A DNA stretch of 64,000 nucleotides from an uncultured cyanobacterium (GTDB lineage Bacteria; Cyanobacteriota; Cyanobacteriia; PCC-6307; Cyanobiaceae). Location: positions 288,001-352,000 of the forward strand of contig CAVXWZ010000001.1 of assembly GCA_963765575.1 (NCBI GenBank). Reading direction: 5' to 3'. Position numbers and translations under genes: made by a program. Numbering within the stretch: the stretch's first letter is position 1; the number at the start of each line of letters is the position of its first letter. Under the pieces are notes generated by a model. It saw only the letters and a program-made list of their open reading frames with translations, was not told the origin of the DNA and did no database searches. Below, piece by piece: positions 31,166-41,498 of the stretch.

Positions 31166-32438
31166 GGGCGTGATAGATCGCCTGGGGCTGCAGCCGGCGA
31201 CCGGCGTGGGCCCCCAGGGCTGAGCTGAACACAACCCCCAGCAGCCACTGCTGATCACCGGCCAGCTTCAAGGTGAAGACGGCCGCAATCAGAGGCAACT
31301 GGGTGGCACCTGCCAGTGCCCCTGCCATGCCCAGGGCCATGCCCAGCGTGGTCTCACCCCCCAGCAGGTGCACCAGGCCGCCGCCGAACAGGCCACCCGC
31401 GCTCAAGGAGGGATCGATCAGTCCCCCCGGGATCCCCGCCGCCAGCACCAGGGCCGGAGCCAGCACCCGGTTGATCACCACCAGCAGCCAGGCGCCGATC
31501 GACAGCAGCGACCCCGGCGTCGGCAGCGGGCCCCGGTTCACCAGCAGCTGCTGCATCAGCAGTTCGCCATCGCCGCTGCTCCAGCCAGCGCTGAGCAGGG
31601 CCATCAGCGCCAGGACCGCGCCCATGGCCAGCCCCCACTGCAACGGCCTGCGGCCCAGTCGCGGCCGCAGCCACTGACGCAGGGCCAGCAGGGTGCGGGC
31701 GAACAGGCCGCCGAGCAGGCCCGTGAGCGAGCCCACCAGCAGCGCCCAGAGCAGCTGCTGCCATTCCGGCACCAGCGTGCTCACCAGGCCGAGGGGAAAG
31801 AGGGGGACGCCGCCCAGGTTGCTGACCAGGGCGGCCGCCGCGCATACCAGCAATGACGGCCACATCAGCCTGGGGTGGAAGCGGCGGGTGAGCTCCTCCA
31901 TCACGAACAGGGTGCCCATCAGGGGGCTGTTGAAGCCCCCTGCCAGGCCCGCCCCAGCCCCCATGGCCAGCAACAGCTCCGGTTCGAATCTGGGAGCCAG
32001 CCATGGCAGCCGACGCTGCAGGGCCGACGCTACGGTCGCCCCCAGCTGCACCACCGGGCCCTCGCGGCCCAAGGGCAGCAGCGCCAGGCTGGCGAGCGTC
32101 CAAAGGCCCAGCCGCGCGCCGGTTGCCCCCCGGCCCAGCAGGGTGCGGGCGGCGTCCGCGCTCTCGAGGCTGTCCATCGTCTGGGGAATGCCGGAGCCGG
32201 CTCCGGCCTGCAGGGGGCCCCGCTGCAGCCAGAGCAATCCCGGCAGCACCGCTACCGGGGCCAGGGCGAGCAGCAGGCTGGGGCGGCCCCAGCCGGCGCC
32301 GGTCAGGCCCGGCAGCAGGCCCACCAAGTGATCCTGGGCGTTGTCGATCAGATTGAGGGGCCAGCAGGCCAGACCCACCAGCACCCCGAGCAGCAGCAGC
32401 CTGGCCAGATTGAGCAGATCGCCGCGTGGGAAGGCCAT
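31134..32438 (-). CDS. ClC-family chloride channel/antiporter
   Basis: [27 protein letters not shown] motifs. Confidence 0.9.
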   Translation of the reverse strand: MAFPRGDLLNLARLLLLGVLVGLACWPLNLIDNAQDHLVGLLPGLTGAGWGRPSLLLALAPVAVLPGLLWLQRGPLQAGAGSGIPQTMDSLESADAARTLLGRGATGARLGLWTLASLALLPLGREGPVVQLGATVASALQRRLPWLAPRFEPELLLAMGAGAGLAGGFNSPLMGTLFVMEELTRRFHPRLMWPSLLVCAAAALVSNLGGVPLFPLGLVSTLVPEWQQLLWALLVGSLTGLLGGLFARTLLALRQWLRPRLGRRPLQWGLAMGAVLALMALLSAGWSSGDGELLMQQLLVNRGPLPTPGSLLSIGAWLLVVINRVLAPALVLAAGIPGGLIDPSLSAGGLFGGGLVHLLGGETTLGMALGMAGALAGATQLPLIAAVFTLKLAGDQQWLLGVVFSSALGAHAGRRLQPQAIYHALREPRAGKRE

Positions 32439-32439
32439 C

Positions 32440-34347
32440 TCAGGCCGCCAGCCCCAGGGCGGTGGCCGCATCCTGGAGCAGGGCCCGCAGGTAGGGATGC
32501 TGCGGGTTACTGCCGCTGTGCAACTCCTCGCCGGCGGCATTGCGGATCACCATCGCTTCGCCCTGGCGGCGACACCAGTAGAGGCGATCGCCCCGTTGCA
32601 CCACCACCTCGGCATCGCCGTGCTCGCCCAGGGCGCTGCTGCGCAGTCCCACCAGCTCCAGTTGCAGCCGTTCGCGTTCCTGCCAGCGATCCAGCCGCAG
32701 CCGGTAGGCCACATCCAGCCAGCGGGGCAGGTTGGCTTCCCCCTGCCAGCGCCAGCCGATCGCCCGCTGGCGGGCGCCGTGCTGTTCCAGCTCCAGCGCC
32801 AGGTGACCGCCGCGCAGCAGCTTCTGGCTGCGCAGCTCACAGCCGCTGCTCCAGTACACCGGCTGGGGATGGGCGATGCCGAACGGTTCCAGCCGCCGTT
32901 GCTGGCGCAGAAAGTCCCGGTCGATCGCCGCCAGCGAGAGCAGGGCCTCGGGCTCCACCGGATGGCTGCCGCCCCACTGCTCCAGCCACAGGCGTGCGCC
33001 CTGTCCCAGCCGCCGCTGCAGCTCCTCGAGGCGTTCGGCGCGCACCGTGAAACCGCCGGCGGCCGGGTGGCCGCCATAGCGCTCCAGCAGGTCGGCGCAG
33101 TCGCCCAGGGCCGCATCCACGGCGAACCCCCGAGGGGCCCGCACCGAGGCCCGCAGGCGCCCATTGCCCTCCCCCGCCAGCAGGGCGCAGGGCCGGTTCA
33201 GCCGCTCCACCAGGCGGGCGGCCACGATGCCGATCACGCCGTGGTGCCAGTGGTTCTGTGCCAGCAGCACGAAGTCGGGTCGGGCGCTGCCTTCGGCGTC
33301 CAGCAGCGCCAGGGCCTCGGCCTCGATGGCCTCACACAGCTCGCGGCGCTGGCGGTTGAGGTCTTCGCAGGCGCGGGCCAGCTCCAGGGCCCGATCGGCA
33401 TCCTCGGTGGTGAGCAGCTCCACCACCAGCTGGGGATCCCCCAGCCGCCCCACGGCGTTGATGCGGGGGGCGATGCGGAAGCTCACCGCCTCGGCGTCGA
33501 GGGGCTGGCCGTCCACCCCAGCCAGGCGCTGCAGCGCCTGCAGACCGGTCAGGACGCTGCGGCCCAGCCGTGGCAGGCCATCGATCAGCCAGCGCCGGTT
33601 CACCCCCGCCAGCGGTGCCATGTCGGCGATGGTGCCGATGCAGAACAGATCCAGGGCCATGCGCAGGCCATCGGCGCGGCCCTGGCGTCGGCACAGGGCC
33701 GCCGCCAGCACATAGGCCAGGCCCACGCCGGCCAGGCCGCGGAAGGGCGATCCCGCCGGCGTGCGCTGGGGGTGGAGCAGGGCCAGATGGGGGGGCAGGG
33801 GCTCGGGAATGGTGTGGTGGTCGGTGAGAATCACCTCCAGGTCGAGCTCACGGGCGCGCTGCAGGGCGGCGTGGGCGGAGACGCCGTTGTCGACCGTGAC
33901 CAGCAGGCCCACCCCCTGCTCGGCCAGCCTCTCCACCATGGCGGTGTTGAGGCCGTAGCCGTCCTCCAGGCGGCTGGGGATGGCGGCCTGGGGTGCGGCG
34001 CCGAGGCGCCCCAGCACGCCCACCAGCAGGGCTGTGCTGGTCATGCCGTCGGCGTCGTAGTCGCCGCAGATGGCCACCGCCTCGCCCTGGCGGCAGGCCT
34101 GCTCCAGGCGCGCCGCCGCCGGCTCCAGATCGGCGAAATGGAGCAGGGGGTCGGGCGCCTCCGGCGGCTGCAGCAGCGCCGTCACCGCTGCGGTGGTGAG
34201 ATGTCCCCGCCGGACCAGCAGCGCCAGCAGGGCATCGGGCAGGGCTTCGCCGCCGGCTGGATTGAGCTGGCGCAGCAGCTCCGGTTCAGCCAGCTCCCCC
34301 AGCGCTGTGGGGAGCTGCCAGCGCTGCTCGTGGAGGGCGGGGAGCAA
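32440..34347 (-). CDS. recJ: Single-stranded-DNA exonuclease RecJ
   Basis: GDYDADG, PSRLEDGYGL, TVDNG, TDHH, PRINAVGRL, GGHPAAGG. Confidence 0.96.
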   Translation of the reverse strand: MLPALHEQRWQLPTALGELAEPELLRQLNPAGGEALPDALLALLVRRGHLTTAAVTALLQPPEAPDPLLHFADLEPAAARLEQACRQGEAVAICGDYDADGMTSTALLVGVLGRLGAAPQAAIPSRLEDGYGLNTAMVERLAEQGVGLLVTVDNGVSAHAALQRARELDLEVILTDHHTIPEPLPPHLALLHPQRTPAGSPFRGLAGVGLAYVLAAALCRRQGRADGLRMALDLFCIGTIADMAPLAGVNRRWLIDGLPRLGRSVLTGLQALQRLAGVDGQPLDAEAVSFRIAPRINAVGRLGDPQLVVELLTTEDADRALELARACEDLNRQRRELCEAIEAEALALLDAEGSARPDFVLLAQNHWHHGVIGIVAARLVERLNRPCALLAGEGNGRLRASVRAPRGFAVDAALGDCADLLERYGGHPAAGGFTVRAERLEELQRRLGQGARLWLEQWGGSHPVEPEALLSLAAIDRDFLRQQRRLEPFGIAHPQPVYWSSGCELRSQKLLRGGHLALELEQHGARQRAIGWRWQGEANLPRWLDVAYRLRLDRWQERERLQLELVGLRSSALGEHGDAEVVVQRGDRLYWCRRQGEAMVIRNAAGEELHSGSNPQHPYLRALLQDAATALGLAA

Positions 34348-34449
34348 CGGCGCGGCAGCGGTTCAGTGGCCATTGTGCGGCGGCGCTGCCTGGCCGGCAG
34401 CGGGGCACTGCCTAGGGTCATGCAGAACCAGCGCCGCGCTGCCTTGCCG

Positions 34450-35184
34450 ATGGCCTTGCGGGCCCTGCTCTGGGATGTGGACGGCACCCTGGCGGAGACC
34501 GAACGGGATGGTCATCGCCGCGCCTTCAACCGGGCCTTCGCCGAACGGGGGCTGCCGCTGCACTGGGATGCCCGCAGTTACGGGCGCTGGCTGGCGATCG
34601 CCGGAGGCCGGGAGCGCATCCGGGCCGCCCTGCGGCAGCTGGAGCAGGCCGATCCCGACCCCCGCCGGGTGGACGACCTGCAGGCCTGCAAGCAGCGCCA
34701 CTACGGCGCCCTGATGGCCGCTGGTGCTCTGCAGCTGCGGCCGGGGGTGGCCGAGCTGATCGCCGCCGCCGCCGCCGCCGGCCTGCGCCAGGCAATCGTG
34801 ACCACCAGCGCGCGCGTGGCGGTGAGGGCCCTGGCGGAGCGGCTGCTGGGGGCCCAGGCGGCCGCCTTCGAGCTGTGGGTGTGCGGCGACGACGTGGCCC
34901 GCAAGAAACCCGACCCGGAGGCCTACGGGCTGGCCCTGCGGCGGCTGGGGATCGGGGCCGCTGCCGCCCTGGCGATCGAGGATTCCCCCGCCGGGCTGAC
35001 GGCGGCGACGGCGGCCGCTGTGCCGTGTCTGCTGACCCTCAGCCACTACGGACGCCAGGAGCCCCTCGAACGCTTCGCGGCGGCCCGGGCCGTGGTCACG
35101 GGCCTCGGCGACGGCGAGCGGGTGTTGCGCGGCCCCGCTTGCCCTGCGGGCCGGATCACGCTCTCCTATCTACAGAGCCTGTGA
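34450..35184 (+). CDS. HAD-IA hydrolase (CbbY-like)
   Basis: WDVDGTLAETERDGHRRAFN, KKPDP, IEDS. Confidence 0.88.
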   Translation: MALRALLWDVDGTLAETERDGHRRAFNRAFAERGLPLHWDARSYGRWLAIAGGRERIRAALRQLEQADPDPRRVDDLQACKQRHYGALMAAGALQLRPGVAELIAAAAAAGLRQAIVTTSARVAVRALAERLLGAQAAAFELWVCGDDVARKKPDPEAYGLALRRLGIGAAAALAIEDSPAGLTAATAAAVPCLLTLSHYGRQEPLERFAAARAVVTGLGDGERVLRGPACPAGRITLSYLQSL

Positions 35185-35531
35185 TCAGACCCACGACCCT
35201 GCAGAGCACCCGTTTCCAGCGCCTCAGCTCGGCGGCGGCCGCGCTGCTCGCCGACCAGCTGCGTGGCAGCTGGCGCAATCGCAGTGCCGTGCTGCTGGCC
35301 CTGCTGGTGGGCTTCTACGCCGGCGGCAACCTCACCTCCTATCTGCTGCCCCTGTTCCCCGGCGGCCGGCCGCTGATGGTGCTGGCGCTGGTGCTGCTGC
35401 TGGAGGTCGTCGTGCGCCTGCGGGGCCGGCTGGCGCAGGCGCAGCCAGGCCTGGGCTGGCGGGTGGCCGACAACCTGCGGCTGGGGCTGGTGTACGCCGT
35501 GGTGCTGGAGGCCTACAAGCTCGGCACCTGA
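35181..35531 (+). CDS. Ycf20/DUF565-family membrane protein
   Basis: LQSTRF, WRNRS, DNLRLGLVYAVVLEAYKLGT. Confidence 0.85.
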   Translation: MIRPTTLQSTRFQRLSSAAAALLADQLRGSWRNRSAVLLALLVGFYAGGNLTSYLLPLFPGGRPLMVLALVLLLEVVVRLRGRLAQAQPGLGWRVADNLRLGLVYAVVLEAYKLGT

Positions 35532-36460
35532 TGGAGACGGATGCCACCCGCCGCCCGAGCAGCGTCGATCCGGCCCTGCTGGAGCAATTTGCCCTGCCGC
35601 TGCTGGCCCGGCTGCAGGCCCTGGCGGGCCAGGGACGACGGCCGGCCATCGGCCTCAACGCGCCGGTGGGTGCCGGCAAGAGCAGCCTCGGCCGCCTGCT
35701 GGCTCAGCAGGCCCAGCACCGTGGCCTGCGCCTGGCGGTGGCCTCGATCGACGACTTCTACCTGCCCTGGACCGCCCGTTGCCGGGCCCTGGCGGGCAAT
35801 CCCTTCGCGGTCACCCGGGTGCCCCCCGGCAGCCACGACCCGCTGCTGCTGCAGCGCTGCCTGGACGACTGGCGCGCCTGCGGGGCGCTGCACCTGCCGC
35901 GGTTCGACAAGACCCTGCGGGGCGGCGAGGGGGACCGCTGCGCTGGAACGGTGCTGCAGGCCGAGGCCCTGCTGCTGGAGGGCTGGCTGCTGGGTTGCCG
36001 GCCCCTGGGGCCGGCCCTGCGGGCGATCGACCTGGACACGGTGATGGCCGCTGCTGGCGCCCGGGCCCTGCGGGCTGAGGAGCGGGCCTGGTTGCCCCAC
36101 TGGGATCAGGCCCTGGTGGCCTACCAGCCCGCCTGGTCCAGGCTCGACGAACTCTGGCTGCTGAGACCCCTGCGCTGGAACCTGCCGCGGCGCTGGCGCT
36201 TCCAGGCGGAGAGCCGGCAGCGGCGTGCGGGCGGATCGGCCCTGGCGGCCGAAGCCCTGGAGCGGCTGGTACGCGCCAGCCTCTGCAGCCTGCCCCCGGA
36301 GCTCTATCAGGACCCGCTGGTGCCGCACAGCGTGGCACCTCAAGGGCCGGGGGTGCCGGTGGCAGCCGTGGGTGTGCTCGATGGTCGCCGGCGTCTGCTG
36401 AGCCTGGCGACCGGCCCCGATCACTCCTCGGCGTCGTCCTCGTCGCTGTCAATCGGATAG
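35531..36460 (+). CDS. P-loop kinase, glycerate kinase (GLYK)-like
   Basis: [38 protein letters not shown]. Confidence 0.8.
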   Translation: METDATRRPSSVDPALLEQFALPLLARLQALAGQGRRPAIGLNAPVGAGKSSLGRLLAQQAQHRGLRLAVASIDDFYLPWTARCRALAGNPFAVTRVPPGSHDPLLLQRCLDDWRACGALHLPRFDKTLRGGEGDRCAGTVLQAEALLLEGWLLGCRPLGPALRAIDLDTVMAAAGARALRAEERAWLPHWDQALVAYQPAWSRLDELWLLRPLRWNLPRRWRFQAESRQRRAGGSALAAEALERLVRASLCSLPPELYQDPLVPHSVAPQGPGVPVAAVGVLDGRRRLLSLATGPDHSSASSSSLSIG

Positions 36461-36600
36461 ACGAAGCCCTGGGAGCGACCGCTCAGCACGGCCTTGCCCA
36501 GGGACATGGCCCGCTGGGCTGCTCCGGCAGCCTTCGCTTTCCAGTGGGCGTGGCGCTGGTTGCGCTTGCCCTTGGACGTTTTCTTCTTGGGTACAGCCAT
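36421..36600 (-). CDS. rpmF: 50S ribosomal protein L32
   Basis: Own translation (not in the track): [59 protein letters not shown]. Confidence 0.96.
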   Translation of the reverse strand: MAVPKKKTSKGKRNQRHAHWKAKAAGAAQRAMSLGKAVLSGRSQGFVYPIDSDEDDAEE

Positions 36601-36689
36601 CCCCGTGTTCGCGTTCAGCCAAACAACAATCTTCGGCTGCAGACTTGCCTTGCGTCAAATCGCTAGGCTCGCCGCAGCGATCGATCGCC

Positions 36690-38666
36690 GTGAGCGCCAG
36701 CCCCATCCCGACCCCCTCGAGCTTCACCGCAGGCACCAGCCCGGACGTCACGTCAAGCCTCGCGGCCGCACCGGCACCAGATCCTGCCAGCAGTTCCGGC
36801 CCGGGTTCTGGCTTGGATGCAGCCAGCGGTTCAGGCTCCGACGCGTCGGCCCCAAAGGCCAGCACCTCCCTGCTGCGCGGCAATGCTGAGGCTCCCTCCT
36901 ACAGCCAGCTGCTGCGCGACATCCGCGAGGGCCGGGTGAAGGACCTGGAACTCTCACCGCGTCAACAGGAGGTGCTGGTCGACTTCAGCGACGGCCGCCA
37001 GGAGCGCGTTGCCGTGTTCGCCAACGACCAACAGCTGCTGCGCACCGCCGAGCAGGCCGGTGTGCCCCTCTCGGTGCGCGACGACCGGGGCGATGCGGCC
37101 TCCGCCGCGCTGCTCTCCAATGGCCTGCTGGTGCTGCTGCTGGTGGGCGGCCTGGCCCTGCTGCTGAAGCGCTCGGCCAAGGTGGCCAACAAGACCCTTG
37201 GATTCGGCTCCAGCAAGCCGCGGCTGCAGCCCGAGGGTGGCGTCAATGTTCGCTTCGAGGACGTGGCGGGCATCGTCGAGGCCAAGGAGGAACTCCAGGA
37301 GGTGGTGACCTTCCTGAAGTCGCCGGAGCGCTACACCGCCATCGGCGCCCGCATCCCCAAGGGGGTGCTGCTGGTGGGCCCACCGGGTACGGGCAAGACC
37401 CTGCTCGCCAAGGCCATTGCCGGTGAGGCCGGCGTGCCCTTCTTCTCGATCGCCGCCTCGGAGTTTGTGGAGATGTTCGTGGGTGTGGGGGCCAGCCGGG
37501 TGCGGGATCTCTTCCGCAAGGCCAAGGAGAAGGCGCCCTGCATCATCTTCATCGACGAAGTGGATGCGGTGGGCCGCCAGCGCGGGGCAGGTATCGGCGG
37601 CGGCAATGACGAGCGCGAGCAGACCCTCAACCAGCTGCTCACCGAGATGGATGGCTTCGCCGACAACTCCGGCGTGATCCTGCTGGCGGCCACCAACCGC
37701 CCCGATGTGCTGGATGTGGCCCTGATGCGCCCCGGTCGCTTCGATCGGCGCATCACCATCGATCTGCCCGACCGTCGTGGTCGCGAGGAGATCCTGGCGG
37801 TGCATGCCCGCACCCGCCCCCTGGCCGAGGGGGTGTCCCTGGCCGCCTGGGCCAGCCGCACGCCGGGCTTTTCCGGGGCCGATCTCTCCAACCTGCTCAA
37901 CGAGGCGGCGATCCTCACCGCCCGCCGCCATCAGGACGCGATTGACGAGGCCGCCCTCGGTGATGCCCTCGAGCGCATCACCATGGGCCTGGCTGCAGCT
38001 CCACTGCAGGACTCGGCCAAGAAGCGCCTGATTGCTTACCACGAAGTGGGCCACGCCCTGCTCACCAGCCTGGTGCCCCATGCCGACCGGCTGGACAAGG
38101 TGACCCTGCTTCCCCGCGCCGGCGGAGTGGGCGGCTTCGCCCGCACCATGCCCGATGAGGAGCTGCTCGATTCGGGCCTGATCAGCAAGGCCTACCTGCT
38201 GGCCCGCATGGTGGTGGCCATGGGCGGCAGGGCCGCCGAGCTGGTGGTGTTCGGGGCCGATGAAGTCACCCAGGGAGCGTCCAGCGACTTGGAGCTGGTG
38301 GCCCGCATCGCCCGGGAGATGGTCACCCGCTACGGCTTCTCATCCCTGGGCCCGGTGGCCCTGGAGGCCGATGGCCCCGAGGTGTTCCTGGGCCGCGACT
38401 GGCTGCGTTCCCAGCCCCACTACTCCGAGGACACCGGCAGCCGCATCGATGATCTGGTCCGCGGGCTCGCCCGCCATGCCCTCGATCAGGCCGTCGCCCT
38501 GCTCGAACCCCGCCGCGATCTGATGGACGAGCTGGTGGATCGGCTGATCGTCGACGAGACCATCGACGGCGACAGCTTCCGCAGCCTCGTGGCGGCCCAT
38601 GGCCAGGACTCAGCCAGCCAGCCCGCCGCTGAAGCGGATGTCCAGGCTGCGCAGGTAGGTGTGTAG
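36690..38666 (+). CDS. ftsH: ATP-dependent zinc metalloprotease FtsH
   Basis: [31 protein letters not shown]. Start uncertain. Confidence 0.96.
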   Translation: MSASPIPTPSSFTAGTSPDVTSSLAAAPAPDPASSSGPGSGLDAASGSGSDASAPKASTSLLRGNAEAPSYSQLLRDIREGRVKDLELSPRQQEVLVDFSDGRQERVAVFANDQQLLRTAEQAGVPLSVRDDRGDAASAALLSNGLLVLLLVGGLALLLKRSAKVANKTLGFGSSKPRLQPEGGVNVRFEDVAGIVEAKEELQEVVTFLKSPERYTAIGARIPKGVLLVGPPGTGKTLLAKAIAGEAGVPFFSIAASEFVEMFVGVGASRVRDLFRKAKEKAPCIIFIDEVDAVGRQRGAGIGGGNDEREQTLNQLLTEMDGFADNSGVILLAATNRPDVLDVALMRPGRFDRRITIDLPDRRGREEILAVHARTRPLAEGVSLAAWASRTPGFSGADLSNLLNEAAILTARRHQDAIDEAALGDALERITMGLAAAPLQDSAKKRLIAYHEVGHALLTSLVPHADRLDKVTLLPRAGGVGGFARTMPDEELLDSGLISKAYLLARMVVAMGGRAAELVVFGADEVTQGASSDLELVARIAREMVTRYGFSSLGPVALEADGPEVFLGRDWLRSQPHYSEDTGSRIDDLVRGLARHALDQAVALLEPRRDLMDELVDRLIVDETIDGDSFRSLVAAHGQDSASQPAAEADVQAAQVGV

Positions 38667-39608
38667 CCCGGCGTCCTGAATCGGCAGCAGCCGTGCCATG
38701 CGACCGCTCTCATTGGTGTGGGCATGCCAGTGGCCGGGCGGGGTCACGAAGGCGGCGCCGGGCTCCCAGATCGAGCGGCTGGGGTTGCGGATCGTGCCGT
38801 CGTCGTTGAGCTCGGTGCCCACCAGGGTGTAGCAGCCCGGATCGCAGTCGATCACCAGATCCAGGGCCACCGACTGGTGCCGGTGGGGCCGCTGGGCCGT
38901 GGCCGCCGGCACCACGCCGAGCATGGCCCAGAGGGTGTGGGTGGCGGTGCGGCTGGTGGGGCAGTCGGCGTTGGCCAGCAGCAGGCTGAGGCGGTTGCTG
39001 CGGGCCGAGCTGGGATCGGCGAGCAGGGCCTGCAGATCCCGCTCCAGCATCGCGGCCGGGAAGTGGGTGGCCTCAAAGCGCGGCGTGGTGGGCTCAGCGC
39101 CGAGGAAGCGCAGCAGGGGAGCGTCGTGCACCCAGTAGAGAACGCTGTCGCAGCTGGCCTGCAGCAGGGGGGCATCGCCGCTGGGCAGGGTGATCACATC
39201 CCCCTGCTGCCAGGCCAGGCTGCGGCCGCCCCAGTGCAGCTCACCCTCGCCGTGCAGCACGTAGAAGAGGGCGCTGGTGGCAGCGGCGGCGGCCTTGAGG
39301 CCCTCCCCGGCCAGGATGCGCAGGAAGTTGGCCGAGAGGGCGGGGCTGGTGGCCGGGCCGCTGCAGCCCAGGGTGGCGCTGATGTCGAGGGGGATCACGC
39401 CGGTGGGGCCGGAGCGGTGCACCTCGGGGCCCCAGTGGTGAGCGGGGATGGGCTCGGTGAGGCCGCGGCGGATCGGGTTGGCGGCCTGGCGGTAGTCGAA
39501 GGTCTGGGCCTTCTCCTGCCAGCGGCGGGCGTCGCCGTCGCTGGCGACAGGACCGCTGGCGATTGGGCCCGCTGGCGGGCTCGGGGGCTGCAGGGGAACC
39601 TGGGTCAT
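38610..39608 (-). CDS. Bicupin protein (gentisate dioxygenase-like fold)
   Basis: C-terminal cupin QRPHRH...TPPGHWHAH; the N-terminal cupin (YVLHGEG) lacks His ligands. Confidence 0.8.
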   Translation of the reverse strand: MTQVPLQPPSPPAGPIASGPVASDGDARRWQEKAQTFDYRQAANPIRRGLTEPIPAHHWGPEVHRSGPTGVIPLDISATLGCSGPATSPALSANFLRILAGEGLKAAAAATSALFYVLHGEGELHWGGRSLAWQQGDVITLPSGDAPLLQASCDSVLYWVHDAPLLRFLGAEPTTPRFEATHFPAAMLERDLQALLADPSSARSNRLSLLLANADCPTSRTATHTLWAMLGVVPAATAQRPHRHQSVALDLVIDCDPGCYTLVGTELNDDGTIRNPSRSIWEPGAAFVTPPGHWHAHTNESGRMARLLPIQDAGLHTYLRSLDIRFSGGLAG

Positions 39609-39748
39609 GGGGGCGGGCCGGGTAGGGCTTGCGGGCTTCCACAGGGAAGGCCGCAAACCTTGCGATGAGTGACGTTATTCAGCAGCAACCCCCAACTGCC
39701 TGACTGCCGCAACCGCTACGGCTGATTCACGCCGGCCTCAGGCCGGTT

Positions 39749-40024
39749 TCAGCCGCCCGCCACCGCCGGCACGATCGACACCTCGTCGCCGTCCTTGAGG
39801 GCGGTGGTCTCGTTCTCGAGGAAGCGAATGTCCTCGCTGTTCACGTAGATGTTCAGGAAGCGGCGCAGTTTGCCGCTGTCGTCGCACAGGCGGGCGCGGA
39901 TGCCCGGAAAGCGGCCCTCCAGGGCCTCCACCAGGCCGGCCACGCTGGTGGCCTCCAGGTCGACGCTGGCCTCGTTGTGCGTGAATTTCTGCAGCGGGGT
40001 GGGGATCAGAACCTGAACGGCCAT
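39749..40024 (-). CDS. MoaD/ThiS/CysO-family sulfur carrier
   Basis: Ubiquitin-like fold, [13 protein letters not shown]-terminal PAVAGG. Confidence 0.93.
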   Translation of the reverse strand: MAVQVLIPTPLQKFTHNEASVDLEATSVAGLVEALEGRFPGIRARLCDDSGKLRRFLNIYVNSEDIRFLENETTALKDGDEVSIVPAVAGG

Positions 40025-40066
40025 GGGGCGCTGGGATGAAGGGCGAGGGTGGAGCGGCTCGGCGGC

Positions 40067-41357
40067 TCAGGCTGGGGTGGAGGCGTGATCGGCCTGGGCC
40101 TGCTGCCAGGCCGCCTTGAAGCTGTCGAGCTGGGCTTCGATGGTGTAGGGCTGGCCGATCACATCGGCCACGGCCTCGGTGGTCTTGAGGCCGTTGCCGG
40201 TGATGTAGGCCACGGTGGTTTCATCGGGGTTGATCTTGCCCTGCTCCGCCAGCTTCTTCGAGCACGGCGATGGTGGTGCCGCCGGCGGTTTCGGTGAACA
40301 CGCCCTCGGTTTCGGCCAGCAGCTTGATGCCGTCGATGATCTCGGCGTCGCTCACCGCGGCGATGGTGCCCTGGGTGCGGTTGGCGATGTCGATGGCGTA
40401 GGGGCCGTCGGCCGGATTGCCGATGGCGATCGACTTGGCGATGGTGTTCGGTTTCACCGGCGTGATGAAGTCGCGTCCGGCGGCGAAGGCCTGGGCGATG
40501 GGGCTGCAGCCCTCGGCCTGGGCGCCGCTGAAGCGCACCGCTTTTTCGTCCACCAGGCCCACCTTGATGAACTCATCAAAGCCCTTGCGGATCTTGGTGA
40601 ACAGGGAGCCCGAGGCCAGGGGCGCCACGATGTGATCGGGCAGCTGCCAGCCGAGCTGCTCGATCACCTCGTAGCCGAGGGTCTTGGAGCCCTCCGAGTA
40701 GTAGGGGCGCAGGTTGATGTTCACGAAGCCCCAGCCGAAGGTGTTGGCCACCTCGGAGCAGAGGCGGTTCACCTGGTCGTAGTTGCCGTGCACCGCCATC
40801 AGGGTGGGGTTGTAGATCAGGGTGCCGAGCACCTTGCCCAGCTCCAGATCGCTGGGGATGAACACACAGCACTCGAGGCCGGCGTGGGCGGCGATGGCGG
40901 CGGTGGAGTTGGCCAGGTTGCCGGTGGAGGCGCAGCTCACCGTCTTGAAGCCGAGTTCCTTGGCGCGGGTGAGGGCCACGGACACCACCCGGTCCTTGAA
41001 GGAGAGCGTCGGCATGTTGACGCCGTCGTTCTTGATGTAGAGGCTCTTGAGCCCGAGCCGTCTGGCCAGGTTGTTGGCCTTGAGCAGGGGCGTGAAGCCG
41101 GTGCCCACGTCGATCGGGTCGCCCTCGATCGGCAGGAAGTCGCGGTAGCGCCAGATCGAGGCGGGGCCGGCCTCGATCGTGGCCCGGCTCACCCGGTTGC
41201 GGATCGCCTCGTAGTCGTACACCACTTCCAGCGGCCCGAAGCAGACGTCTTCACAGACGTGGCGGGCACTGGGCGCATAGGGCTCACCGCACTCCTTGCA
41301 GCGCAGGCCGGTGAAGGTGGGGCCAGAGAGTGCGGAGCGGGAAAGGGTGGCCGTCAC
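40067..41357 (-). pseudogene. thrC: Threonine synthase-like PLP enzyme with a +1 frameshift near 40260 (real or sequencing error)
   Basis: PTLSFKDR, CASTGNLA, EGSKT. After TTIAVL one extra base shifts the frame away from KKLAEQGK...ITGNGLKT. Span is 1291 nt = 3n+1. Confidence 0.88.
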
Positions 41358-41412
41358 GGTGGAACCCAGGCGTGAGACCGCAGGCTAACAGCGGCGATCG
41401 GGAGCGCTGGTG

Positions 41413-41437
41413 AATGCCGATGTCTGGGGTCGGATTT
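41413..41437. promoter_or_regulatory. Putative Rrf2-family operator palindrome upstream of thrC-like/moaD
   Basis: Minus strand AAATCCGAC-N7-ATCGGCATT, 25 nt upstream of a -10-like TAGCCT (41382-41387). Confidence 0.45.
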
Positions 41438-41498
41438 ATGATCAGGGGTCGCCTGGGGCGGCAGCCCTGCTTATGGTCGGCCGGTGAGGTCTGCTCCG

